A stretch of 64,000 bases of DNA from Moniliella sp. 'wahieum' (taxonomy: Eukaryota), in the NCBI GenBank assembly GCA_003971905.1, contig RSEE01000014.1, positions 806,001-870,000 of the forward strand, in the 5' to 3' direction. Under the pieces are notes generated by a model. It did no database searches and had not been told where the DNA came from. It saw only the letters and a program-made list of their open reading frames with translations. Positions 12,045-24,057 of the stretch are shown one piece after another; the first letter of the stretch is position 1; the number at the start of each line of letters is the position of its first letter. Position numbers and translations under genes: made by a program.

Positions 12045-13038
12045 ATGAGCCCTCCCTCCGATGCTGCCCGCCGCCTGGATGCCACCACCCGCCACTTGAC
12101 CAGGCCGGCCCGCACCTCGGAGTACGCCGTCCATCATGTGGGCGCCGCCCACACCCTCGGTACGTCCTGCCCCGGCCCCGCCCCCCAACTCGCTCCCAAT
12201 GCTTCTCTGACCGCGCCGCCCCAGACTACCGCGTGTTTGTAACCAACGGCCAGGGCCAGGCGGTCTCCCCCTTTCACGACATCCCCCTCTATGCCGATGC
12301 GAGCCAGCGGGTGCTCAACATGGTGGTTGAGATTCCGCGGTGGTCCAATGCCAAGCAGGAAATTAGCAAGTCGGAGCCGCTCAACCCCATTCTCCAAGAT
12401 ACGAAGAAGGGCAAGCTGCGCTTTGTGCCCAACTGCTTCCCCCACAAGGGGTACATTTGGAACTACGGTGCCTTCCCCCAGACCTTTGAGGACCCAGCCC
12501 ATGTCCATCCCGATACCCATGCCAAGGGGGACAACGACCCTCTGGACGTGTGCGAAATTGGACAGCAGGTGGGGCACACGGGCCAGGTCAAGCAGGTCAA
12601 GGTACTGGGTGTGATGGCTCTGCTGACGAGGGCGAAACGGACTGGAAGGTGATTGCGATTGATATCAACGATCCACTCGCGCCCAAGCTCAATGACATTG
12701 ACGATGTCGAGACCCACCTACCGGGCCTGCTTCGCGCTACCCAGGAATGGTTCCGCATCTACAAGATCCCAGATGGCAAGCCGGAGAACCAGTTTGCCTT
12801 TTCGGGCAAGGCAATGAACCGTGCCTACGCCACTGAGATCGTGGATGAATGCTACCAGGCTTGGACTCATCTCGTGGAGGGCAAGTCAGACCGGGGCGAC
12901 ACTTCGATTGCTAATGTGACCCTGACAGGCACTCCTGGCTTTACACCCAACATGCCCGTCCCGGCTGCCAACCCTCAACCACCCGCGCCCATCGACGCTT
13001 CGATCGATAAGTGGTTCTTTGTCTCCCCAAGCAACTAA
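12045..13038 (+). CDS. IPP1: Family I inorganic pyrophosphatase with N-terminal extension
   Basis: [53 protein letters not shown] and [14 protein letters not shown]; intron 12160-12224 joins HTL/DYRVF. Confidence 0.96.
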
Positions 13039-13665
13039 TTGTTGCAAGGATTCAAAAAAGAGAAGTGTATCTGCTGTAGTGCATAAGTCTGTGTAAATGG
13101 AAAGGGGCGGAGGCTTGAACCAAGCTACTCGTCGTCATGAACCATGGGCATGCAGCTCCATCTTATCAAGCAAGTCGTCGGCAAGAGGAATGGTAGATGC
13201 ACCATCGTCATTCCACTCCGATTCGCCATCAGTGTTGATCCCTCCATCCTTTTCGGGGGGACGTCAGGTCCTTCAACCCTGACCATGACATCCAGCAGCT
13301 CACGGTGACCAGCGTCGCGGCCCCCCCGTTTGCGCTCTTCCCGTGCCTATTCATTCGCCGTGTCGGCGACGGTCACTGCCTTGGCAAAATAAAGACAGGA
13401 ATGAAAATCTGTTCAACCGGCATCAGTTGACCTCGTCCATCCCCACATGCATCCTCCTGCTTTCGTAGAGTAGCACCAAAAGTAGTGGTCGCCGGGTCCT
13501 GCCGCTGGACCAGTCTGACTAGCCACTATAAGTAACTACCTACTTCGGAGCCCACCTGGCTTCCCTACCTACAGTGGACCGGGGAAGCACAGTCGCAGCA
13601 TCAAGTTCAAGTTACCAGAACGCAGTAGCCGAGGGAGGTTCCAGAAAGCATGCTCATCCGAACGG

Positions 13666-14289
13666 CTAGTGTTGGCGTGGTGAGGTGTCCTTGGGCGCGG
13701 CGATCTTGTCCTGTTGTTGCTTGGACATCAATTGAGGCTTGCCCGTTGCCGGCTCGATGGGGAGGTGACCGATTTGCTCCAGCAACACATCCCGCTCCTT
13801 GTTCGACCGGCCAAATTCGAGCTTTTGCCAGCGGTTGATCTGGCTAAAGCAGTATTCGCAAAGGTGGTGCATCCGCTTTGGCTTTCCACATCCAGGGCAA
13901 TGCACAAGCGCTGGAAACAGAGTAGGGTGAGCATCCAATCAACTCTCTGCAGTAGCAACGTTCGCAGAGGCACAGGGGCAAGACATACCAACGGTGGGGT
14001 ACAACTTGGAGTTGGCCGAGTTGCGGGTACGAGTCATTTTGTGCGAGTTCTTTTGCTTCTGGACACCCTTCAGCAGGCCATCCCACGCCAACGCATCCTG
14101 CTCGGGCGCAGGCGTGGCGTGGTGCACGTGGTCGCAGCCAGGCGCAGCAAGGGCGGGGGCCAGGCCGTGCGGGGTCGGAGGCGGCGGCGGGAGATTAGGC
14201 AACCGGAGCGCAACCGACACGGACGATCCGGTCCATTTGACGTGGACCGTCGTTTGGGCCAGCACCTGGCTCAGCCTTGACAGCGACAT
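13666..14289 (-). CDS. MRPL32: Mitochondrial ribosomal protein bL32m
   Basis: Long presequence, WDGLLKGVQKQKNSHKMTRTR, then after an intron (~13911-13989) CPGCGKPKRMHHLCEYC zinc motif. Confidence 0.85.
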
Positions 14290-14685
14290 GGTTGATGGTG
14301 GGAAGGAGGTCGGCCGGAGGCGTCGGCCGCTCGCCCAGCTCGCCTGGGGAGGGTTAGACCAATCGGACCTCAGAAGAACACCCGTTCCGCACACAGGAGT
14401 AATATTCCGCTGCCTGAAATTGCAATCGACGGGTAGTACATAAGAGCCTCGATTCAATGTTTCATTGTGGATGGGTGGCCAGTAACTAGTAACTAGCCGA
14501 TGATATGGTGACCGTTTTTTCGTCCCTCGACAGACAAGATCAGGTCCTGCATCGAGCCATTACCAGCGTCTCTCCCAGCGCTCGCTGTGTTTCTCGGAAG
14601 GGTCATGCATGGTTGGCCTACTGGGTTATACAACGCTAGGCCACATCTGCGATCCTGGGTTGTAGGCCACATAAGTTAGAGGGCA

Positions 14686-16369
14686 TCAGCCAAAAATAGA
14701 GACATCGAGACCAGCGCCAAAGTCACGGACACAGAGAACCCCATTCTTGCCGCCAGTGACCACTTTGGATATGGACGTATCCACACAGAGCAGGCCATAG
14801 GGGAGCGCAGCAGCGTAAACACTGGGCTCCGTTCTCCGACCCGCCATAGATGGGTGCGTCCATCATAGCCAGCCGAGACGAACTGCTCGTTCTTGGGACA
14901 CCGCCAGCGCACGAATGATGCCTTGGTGGCCTCCTTCCCACTCGTGCTCCTCGTCGCCCTTTCGGGTTAGGATGACACCATGGGACGATCCAAGGAAAAT
15001 ATGCCCCGATCCAGATGCGACACAGGTTGGTACATGGCTGCACTCATACACGCTCCCCACCTCCATGCCTGACTCCACTTGCCAACGCGAAAGTATTTTG
15101 CTTGATGAAGCGGTGACCACTTCGTCGGGTGCATCGCCCAAAATGCAAGCCCCATTGATGGCTCGGCCATGGGAGTAGGTAGCCGTCTGTTGGTACCCAT
15201 CCTTGCGGAACACACGGGCCAGGCCATCCCTACAACAAGTAACGAGGTAAGTCTGGTTCATCACACATCGAGGACTTTGTCAGGATGCTCCAAGACGTGA
15301 AGGATCAGGTCCTCTGGTGGTGCCATGGGCTCCGACAGCATCTTGACATAGTCCCACACGATCACCTTTCCATCCGACCCCGCCGAATAAAGCTTGCCCT
15401 CATGCCCATCCAGACGCACACGGAGCACACTTCCCGTGTGCACCATCGCTTCAAAGATGACCTTGCTCGTACCACAATCCCAAATCCGAACCGACCGATC
15501 CCGCGCGCCACTGATGATCAACGGGCATTCCGGCGTGATCAGACGACTTCTCCAGAGGCCTGCGGAGAAGCAAGATGGCCGGCCGATGCCAACCAGCGCC
15601 AGGGGTTCCCTTGAGCATCCGCGCCATCGTCAATCTCCGCCGTGTAGATGGCCCGTTTGGACACGTCCTCTACCGCATTCTCTGTGCAAAACGATTCTGG
15701 CGGCTGGAATTGACTTGGGATCACAGCATCCGGACGGTCCCTTGGTCCGGCTGCGGCCAAGGGAACCGCGTTGGGCTCAGCTTCGAAGGCGGCTTGTCAA
15801 TCGCATGCCATCGATGTTCGAGGGCGAAACGGGCCGTGTAGAGGCGGTACCAGTCAACCTGGCCGAGGTAGCAAGACACCTCGCCCGGCTCCAACGAATG
15901 TCCATGCCAGGAGGAACGGAGAAAGTAGGGGAACGCAGCGTGCATGTCGCCCCCCGCCGCCGCCACTTTGCTGGCCAAGATGGCCTCGGCGTCCCCCGGA
16001 CCCGCCAAAAGCGGAGATAGAGGTTCTTCCACAGCGAGTTGTCGAACACCAGGTATTTCCACCCTTTGCATACCCGCGCTGCTGTCCACAGTTCAAACAC
16101 ATCTAGGCTGCCCAGAGCCGTCAAGATGGTAAGCCACACCTCGGGGGGAGCCGGGTTAGAGGGCCCGGCCCATCCGGCGGAGCAGGGCTGGCACTGGTAG
16201 CCACAGAGTGCCCTAATCGATTGGGGGCATGGCGAGACTCCATCCGCACTCACGCCAATCGAAAGAGACCAAGGTAACGGTGGCTGGAGTTGTTCAGCTC
16301 TGGGGTAAGGCCTAAGGGCCAGGGCTTGCTCGGGGGTGGAAGCGCAGCTCGCAGCAAGGCACCTCCCAT
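14686..16369 (-). CDS. F-box/WD40-repeat SCF substrate receptor
   Basis: F-box (PPEVWLTIL...RVCKGWKYLVFDNSLWKNLY) and WD40 repeats (IISGARDRSVRIWD, HTGSVL...LYSAGSDGKVIVWD, FVSAGYDGRTHLW); ends VRDFGAGLDVSIFG stop. Start uncertain, several indels. Confidence 0.82.
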
Positions 16370-16643
16370 AACCAGATTGATTTCAACTTTCATTTCACCT
16401 GGCCTTGCACCTTGGGCCACGACAGGACGCCGACGGCCTCAGATGCGGCGGTCCAAGGTTCTATCTGCACATTGAGTAGCAGTCTGCCGCCGCCCCTGCC
16501 ACCCACCCATCATGTCTATGCCATTGTCACGGCGCTCACCGAGGTAGGCAGGGAGCGCAGCGCTGCGTTCAAAGTTCAAACGGCGATGGGCAAGGAGATG
16601 CCCAAACAGAAGATAGTTCGGGTCATTAAGGTTGACTTTGGCA

Positions 16644-17674
16644 TCAGGCATCCAGGGGCTTCCGGATCCAAAAGACATAGTTGCACTGCTCGGCCAAAGA
16701 GCAGTCGCGCGGGCCAGGTCCCACGTATGTTTCCAGGGAACATAGATGATTCCTCTTGTTTCGTACTGCAGACGCTGAGGAATCTGCAGGGCCAGCGGGG
16801 ATTGGTGCCATCCGAGCCCCTTGGTAAAGTAGGGTCAGCTGGTCTGGGTCCACATACTGGGCCCAGTGATGGGTGCCAGGCGTGGCAAGCCGCAGCACAT
16901 TTTCAGCCATGGCGATGGTCAAAAACCAAGACAAGGGCGTTTTGGCAATCGTACTCATAAAAATATGACCGCCAGGTTTGGCCAGCGCAGCCAGGGTGCG
17001 CACGAAGGATTCGGGATCGGCCACATGCTCGACCACTTCCATGGATGCCACCACATCAAATTGCTCTCCGCGCGCCAAGACTGCCTCGGCCGTGCCATGC
17101 TCATAGCGAAGCGTGATTCGGGTCCTGATAACTCTGGATCCCGCGCGGCATGCTCCGAGGCAATAGCAATGTTGGACGCAGTCGCGTCAATGCCCAACGT
17201 CTTGCCTCCCAAACGGGCCAAGGACTGCAACAGAGGTGTCTCCAGTCAGCCTACGATACGAAACATCAAAAAAGGGGAGACACACACCTCGCTCAAGAGA
17301 CCACCACCGCACCCACATCAATCACATCCTTGCCTTGGAGAAAGCGGGTGGGGAAGAGGGCGTCCGAGCCATCGTGGCCTTGCTGGCTAGCACGCAACGC
17401 ATCTTCATACTGGGCCGTCTCCTCCATCTTTTGGCGGATAAATTGGACACGCGAAGGGTTCATGACGTGCAGCAGGCCAAATTCGCCCTTTTCGTTCCAC
17501 CACTCGGACGACAGGCGGAGAAAAATGCTGAATCTCACTGTCCCGCACCGAAGATGGGGCACTGGCGGCGGTGCTCAGGGGGCGCAGGCACGAGGGGATA
17601 CGGGCGACAGACACAAGAGAGGGGCGAGAGGGAAGGCGCGGCCGCAGAAGGCATGCTGCTCTTGGGCTGGCCAT
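16644..17674 (-). CDS. COQ3: Ubiquinone biosynthesis O-methyltransferase Coq3
   Basis: Mitochondrial presequence, WWNEKGEFGLLHVMNPSRVQFI, VIDVG SAM motif, FDVVASMEVVEHV, KPGGHIFMSTI and CNYVFWIRKP; intron near 17236-17290. Confidence 0.92.
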
Positions 17675-18380
17675 GATGGGCAGGGAGGGGATGGTTGGAG
17701 TGGGCCGCCGCTGGTCCGCGCGCAGGTACTGTTTCGACTTGGCCTAGCTTGAAGCTTGAAGCTTGAAGCTTCAAGTTGAAGAGCTGGAAAGGCGTGCAAT
17801 CGGAGCAGCGGCTCAGCGTTGATTATGTCATCCAACGAAACATTGCACCTTGCTGTCTGAGCGGGAGATGTCCAGGAGACGGGCCGGGAGGACCAGAAAA
17901 GCACGAGGTGGGGGGTGGATGGATGGGGAGGTGAGCCGGTGGGGCTGGGAGGTCTGGGCGTGAGGAGCTGACGGCGCAGGCCGCGTGCGGTGCCTCTGCG
18001 GGTTGGGGTCGGCGGGCCTAAGCTGGTGGGCGCACAGCGGCAGGAGGGAGCGAGCTGACACATGCGTGTCGGCCCGAACACTGCTGCTATCCGGATTTGG
18101 TATGGGCCACGAGCCAATGCGGCGGTAAGCGTAACGCGCTGACGCAGGTAATACCCGCTGCCTGGGCCATGGCCGATGGCCGATCCTGCCCGGCACCCAC
18201 TTCCACCCCCAGCCCGCCTGCCCACCAACCCGCTGCACCCGGCCCGTGCTTGGGCCGATTCTCCCCCTGCCCCACTACCCCGGCCTGTCCTCTCTGCCTC
18301 GGTGTCTTGCCCCATCGCATCCACACCTCCCTTGTCCTTTCCTCCTTTCGTCCAACCCCACGCCCTCCCACTTCCATCAA

Positions 18381-19786
18381 ATGTCCCCTACTTGTGAGTA
18401 TCACTGTCCTTTTGCTACGCCGTGCCCCGCTGATCTCTCCCCGGGTTTGTCTGCAAGTCACCAAGATCAAGGTCCAGCGCCCCGTCGTCGAGCTCGACGG
18501 GGATGAAATGACAGTACGTTTCGCGTTTCATCTACCCTCGCCCCCACGTTGCCCCATCACTCTAACCACGCCCCTTTCGTGTCCGCGTGCAGCGCATATT
18601 TGGCAGAAGATCCGCCAAGATCTGATCTTGCCTTACCTCGACATTGACCTCAAGTACTACGACTGAGCATCACCTCGCGCGATGCCACCAACGATCAGAT
18701 CACCATCGATGCGCCAATGCCATCAAGAAGCACTCGGTTGGTGTCAAGTGCGCCACCATTACCCCTGACGAGGCTCGGGTCAAGGAGTTTGGTTGAAAAA
18801 GATGTGGCTCTCGCCCAACGGGACCATCCGCAACATTCTCGGCGGCACCGTCTTTCGCGAGCCGATTGTGCTGAACAAGATCCCCAAACCTGTGCCAGGA
18901 TGGAGGAACCGATTTGCATTGGTCGCCATGCGTTTGGGGATCAGTACCGCTGCGTCAACGCAGTGATTGATGGACCAGGAAATTGACCATGACGTTCGAA
19001 GGTGTCGATGGAAAGAAGACAGAGTGGCCCGTCTACGATTACCCCTCTCAGGGCGGCGTGGCGATGAGCATGTACAACACGACCGAGTCGATGAGGCTTT
19101 GCCCATGCTTCGTTCAAGATGGCCCTCAGCAAAAAGATGCCACTGTACCTGGCCACCAAGAACACCATTCTTAAAGCGTACGATGGCAAAGTCAAGGACA
19201 CGTTCCAGGCCATTTACGAGGCCGAATACAAGGTCGAATTTGAGAAACTCGGGTTGTGGTACGAGCACCGCCTGATTGACGATATGGTCGCCCAGGCCAT
19301 CAAGGGCAAGGGGGGTTCGTATGGGCATGCAAGAACTACGACGGAGACGTCTTGTCGGATATTGTGGCCCAAGGGTTTGGTTCGTTGGGCATGATGACCT
19401 CGGAACTGATCACGCCCGATGGCCTGACGATGGAATCCGAGGCGCACACGGAACGGTGACGAGGCACTACCGCCTGCACCAAGAGGGCAAGGAGACTTCG
19501 ACCAACAGCGTTGCCTCCATCTACGCCTGGTCGCGCGGGCTCAAATTCCGAGGCCAGTTGGACGGGAACGGAAAGCTGATCCAGTTTGCGCAGTTGCTCG
19601 AGGACGCATGCATCCATACCATCGACAAGGACAATGTCGTGACCAAGGATCTGGCCTTGATCATGAAGGGCAAAGCCATGGTCCGGGAGGACTATGTTAC
19701 CACCGAGGGCTTCCTCGACCACGTGGCCAAAGTGCTCCATGCCAAGTGTTGGCCGCGAATTTGACGGCCCCACAGCGAAGTTGTAA
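18381..19786 (+). CDS. NADP-dependent isocitrate dehydrogenase
   Basis: [80 protein letters not shown] and [10 protein letters not shown]; introns 18394-18457 and ~18514-18592. Confidence 0.95.
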
Positions 19787-20170
19787 CGTTTCTCACGCCT
19801 AGACGGCGATATAATGGATGCATTTTCTTTCCATGTGGGGGGTGGCCAACTGGTGTCGGCTTGCGCATGTGCCTCCTTCGACAGACTCATCTCGTGTGCT
19901 TGTCTTGCACGCTCCGACGCGAGTGCAAGTAGGAGCCAGATGCGACTGCCCAGGGGGCATTGATTGATGTGAGCGAGCACCGGGCGATGGCACCGGTTCA
20001 ACTGGTGCTGCCAACCCGTTCCGCCGCCGCCCAACTCCGCCGGTGGCTCCGCATTCGGTGCAGGCGCTGCTGTCCCGCCGATGGCGCGACACGGGCCGTG
20101 CCGCTGAGGTGCCCTACCCGGCCGCGCTAGGGTTGCCCTGAGCGCTCCAGGCGGCGGGCGTGGGTGCTGC

Positions 20171-23100
20171 ATGTCAGGGGGATGTGGGGGGCTGCCGGCC
20201 CGCCCGCCGCCACCCGACCACCTCCGCCCCCCACGGTGGCGATGAGCGTCCCCGACGATCCGGCCGCCGCGCGCCCGCCCGCGCCTCCCCCCATGCCACC
20301 CACATGCGCTTCTCCTCCTCCCACATGGAGTCCTCCGTCACGCGCCTCCTCGTCGCAACCAAGATGCTGCTCGAGAGCCTGACCAAGTGGGCCGCCGGCG
20401 CCTGCAGCGAGGAGCATGTCAGCGACATCTATGTCCGCCTCGGCAACGACTTCAACGCCGCCCGCCTTGCGTTTGGGTCCTACGGCATCTCCATGGCCGA
20501 CTCGAGTCTGTGCCCGACGATCTGCGCGCCTGTCTCGAGGCATGCCTGTCCGAAGAGGCTTCTCAGGCCGCCCTCGATCACCATCTGCCCCAAGTGCGGG
20601 AGATTGTGGTGGGTCTGTTGCAGGGCCTCAAGTCGAAACAGGCGCTCTACAAGGAGTACCTTTTCCTCCCGTCAGTCGCGCAACGCGCTTCCATCGACCT
20701 CCCCTCACGCCTCCGCTTCTGCGCATTCGCACCACGCCACGCAAAGGTCCACGTCCAACGTCTCCTCCCGCTCTGCCGTCGGCTGCTGCACCGCCCTCCT
20801 CTGCATCCATGATGGCCTCGGATGTCCAGGCGGCGCGGCGCGAGTCGTATCAGCTTCTCGACAGGCTCATCACAGCCGCTCCAGCACGTCTGGCGACGCG
20901 TCCGCTCGCCGCAGCGTCATGGGTCCCCGTTCGCCCCCCGACATGACGCGCCATCAGTCGGCCCAGCAACCCGCTTTTCCGGCGCCGCCCAACCCGCCCA
21001 CCTGGAGCGGCACACTCTGGTAGATGAGGCAATGCCCCCATATCCTGCCCCCTCTGGGACTAGCCCCCCCGGGCGGGATAAGACGCTGCCGCCACCACCG
21101 CCAGGGCAGGCCCTTCGCGTCATACCTCCTCAGCGTCCATGTCCTCAGTTTCGGTGGCGCGCACCCGGCGTGCCCACCACCAGCACTCGTCTTCCTCTCT
21201 CTCGACTACCCACTCGGTTCGGGGCCGGTCGCCTCTGCCAACGATCGAGGCAGACATGCCGATGTCCTTCCCCCGCACACCTGAACCGGAAGACGATGGG
21301 TCGGACCCATCTCTGCGTGCCCTCAAATCGCGCGATGCACTAGAGCGGCGTGCATCCAAACGATTCTCGGCGTATACCCTTAACAAGATGGGCATCTCTC
21401 CCTCGGGCTTCAATAACATGAGTCCAACGGCCAAACGTAGTACACGGGCTCAGACGGCACCCAACATGCCTGATCTGTCACCTCAAAAGCTCACTTCCAC
21501 CCTGCCCGAGGTGCCTGGCCCCCAAGAGCCTATTCCCGCGCTGCCTTCCTCAGGAACAGCGGTCTCGCCAGGACCATTTGCTCGTGGCCCAAGAGTGCCA
21601 AGCGACAACCATCCATCAGCAGTGCCGGTTTGCCTTCTTCCATTCCTGGCCCTGGAGCTGAAACGCTGCCTGAGGCAGCTCGCGTGCTCCCCACCATTGG
21701 GATGGAAGATGCATCCCCTCCTCTTCCTGCTCCAACAACTGACGAACCTGCTTCGCTGGGATCGGAGGAGACTGACTCTTCCGATCCCACTCCTTTCTCC
21801 ACCCTCCCTTCCGATGGCACTTCACCAGAAGGCCAATCTCCCCTTCCCACTCTGGCCGCTGAAGCTGGGGCGACACCCAAGGCCTTTGACCACCCTGACC
21901 TTTCCCCGGCCGAGACGCTTCATTCGATCGATGTATTTGTTCAGCTCGGCCGGCTGACCAAGAAGGCACCTTGAATCTGGAGCCAGACTCGCCTTTGACC
22001 ATTGCGCGACTCCGGATGTTGTTTGTCGATCGGTTTGGCTACTCTCCTGGGCAAGACGATTTCCCTCCCATCTACATCAAAGACCCGTCCACCGGCGTCG
22101 AATACGAATTGGAGGACTTGAACGATGTTCTTTCGGGCACACTTTTGACGCTCAATATTGATTGTAAGGTACCCTGCTCTCACTCACAGTATCATTGCTA
22201 ACTTTGCATGGACAGCGTTGGACCAAGTACGCCAGCACCTCGATGTTTCACTGGGAACGCTTACGCGTGAACTCCGCGAGCTCAAGGCGGCCTTCAATGA
22301 ACAGAAGGAGCGAGCACGGGAGGTCCCGACCAGTCAACAGCTCCAACTCTTACTCTCGAGCAAGTAGCAATGGCAGTTTGCCCTCGGAACTGTTGTCGGG
22401 GCCAATGGGGGCAACCCCTTAGCGCGAACGAGCCCTCGCCCGAGAAAAGATCTCCAATGAGGACTTTGCGCAGCGGGGCAGCGGGTCGCACTACTAGCTC
22501 GTTCCGCTACCGTTTCGCGTCCGTCCCCGAAAAATGAAAAGGATGGAGACCCGACGGCTTCCGCCGCCGTCGCTGCCGACGCATCCAGCTCTGAGGCGGT
22601 GGCAGCGACTGAGGAGCCTGGGTCCAACTCGATCGTCTTGTCGGGCACTGCAATGGCCGAAGACCTCCAGCGGCAGTTTGAAGCGGTCCAGGGGTTACGT
22701 CAAGAGATGGCCGTGATGAAACAAGTCCAGCGGGAATTTAGTGGCGACGTGGGCGGCCTGTTGCGTGATTGCGGGAGCAAAACCAGCGGGTGCGGGCGCT
22801 CGTGTCCCAAGATGCTCCGGTCCAGCGTTCTTTTATTGAAGCGGGCAAGGTGCAGGTCGATACACAATCGCAAGAGGTTTTGACGTTGGTAGAGGACCTG
22901 CAAGATACGGTGGATGATCTCAAGATGGACGTGATCCAGCGCAAGGTAACCCCCGTCCTCAGGCGCTCAAGAAGATCCATGCCGACATTGCCGCGGCCAC
23001 GCAAGGACTCGAGCAGCTGGAGCGCTATGTTCAGTCGGTCAAGCCGGCTTGGAAGAAGACGTGGGAACAGGAGCTCAAGGTGATTGTTGAAGAGCAAGAA

Positions 23101-23843
23101 TTCCTTCGGCACCAAGAAGGGTTGATTATGGACCTTCGCGACGACCAGTCTGCTTTGCAAGACGTGTTTGACCAGATCCAAAAGGTTCTTCGTCTCCGCT
23201 CGGCAGCCGCACGCCAACCTTCGGGTGGGAAAGAAGGACCGGGGGGGTTCCCCACACTTCGCCCGGTTGGTTTCATTCCCCCACCCCAGACGAGGAGCAC
23301 AAAGGGCTAAGTACTGTTGTGCTCGAGGTGCGTGGCCAAGCGGTCGACCATGCACGCCGTCTGCGCGCATTGCAGGCAGCGGAGCGAGCATGGGCCAAAG
23401 AGCGTTCTGAAAAGGAAAAGGACGAGTTTGCTGAAGAACTGGCTGGGTTTGTCGACCACAAGACGCTCCGCCGCACCGGTGGCCACTTGGAGGCAGAGCG
23501 GATCCGCAGAAGCGAGACGAGGCGACTCGCTTGGCGATGCTGTCAGGCGACGCTCAGCAAGTCGGAGGAGCACCAGTCAATGTGGGACCAATCGTCAAGC
23601 CCAAGCGGCTGATCTGGGGCAAGAACCGGAGCCCTTCGCCTTTGCCTGGAGGCGTACGTCCGTCCCTACCTCGAACCGTTTCAACGGCGACTTCAACTGC
23701 CGACGTCTCTCTCTCTCGGCGCCCAAGAGTCCTCGCTTGGGTGCAGCTAGTCTTTCTCCCCAGTCGCCTCAACCGGCTATCTCTGCAGACACCGCCCCCG
23801 CGGCGGGCGGGGCAGACCCGGCCAAACAGAAGAGGAATCGTAG
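20171..23843 (+). CDS. BUD6: Bud6/Aip3 actin-interacting polarity protein
   Basis: MESSVTRLLVATKMLLESLTKW...VSDIYVRLGNDFN, LERRASKRFS, AIP3 domain (LRMLFVDRFGYSPGQDDFPPIYIKDP..YELEDL; KPAWKKTWEQEL). Start and stop approximate because of indels. Confidence 0.9.
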
Positions 23844-24057
23844 GAGGCTTGAGAAGGGGAGCCGAGCCGCTTCAGACCTCCCTTCCAGCCCCATCTCATC
23901 GCAGTCTGTCACTTCTTGCATTCATACTACAGTCTATACCTGGTGCGCTGCCAACATGATAGGAACAGTGAGCATGCAGTACGCCGCGAGAGTGCGAATC
24001 AGAGATCAGAGCCAGCGGGACACCCATCAACCGGATCGGTCAGGCCAGGCCGTGGGT

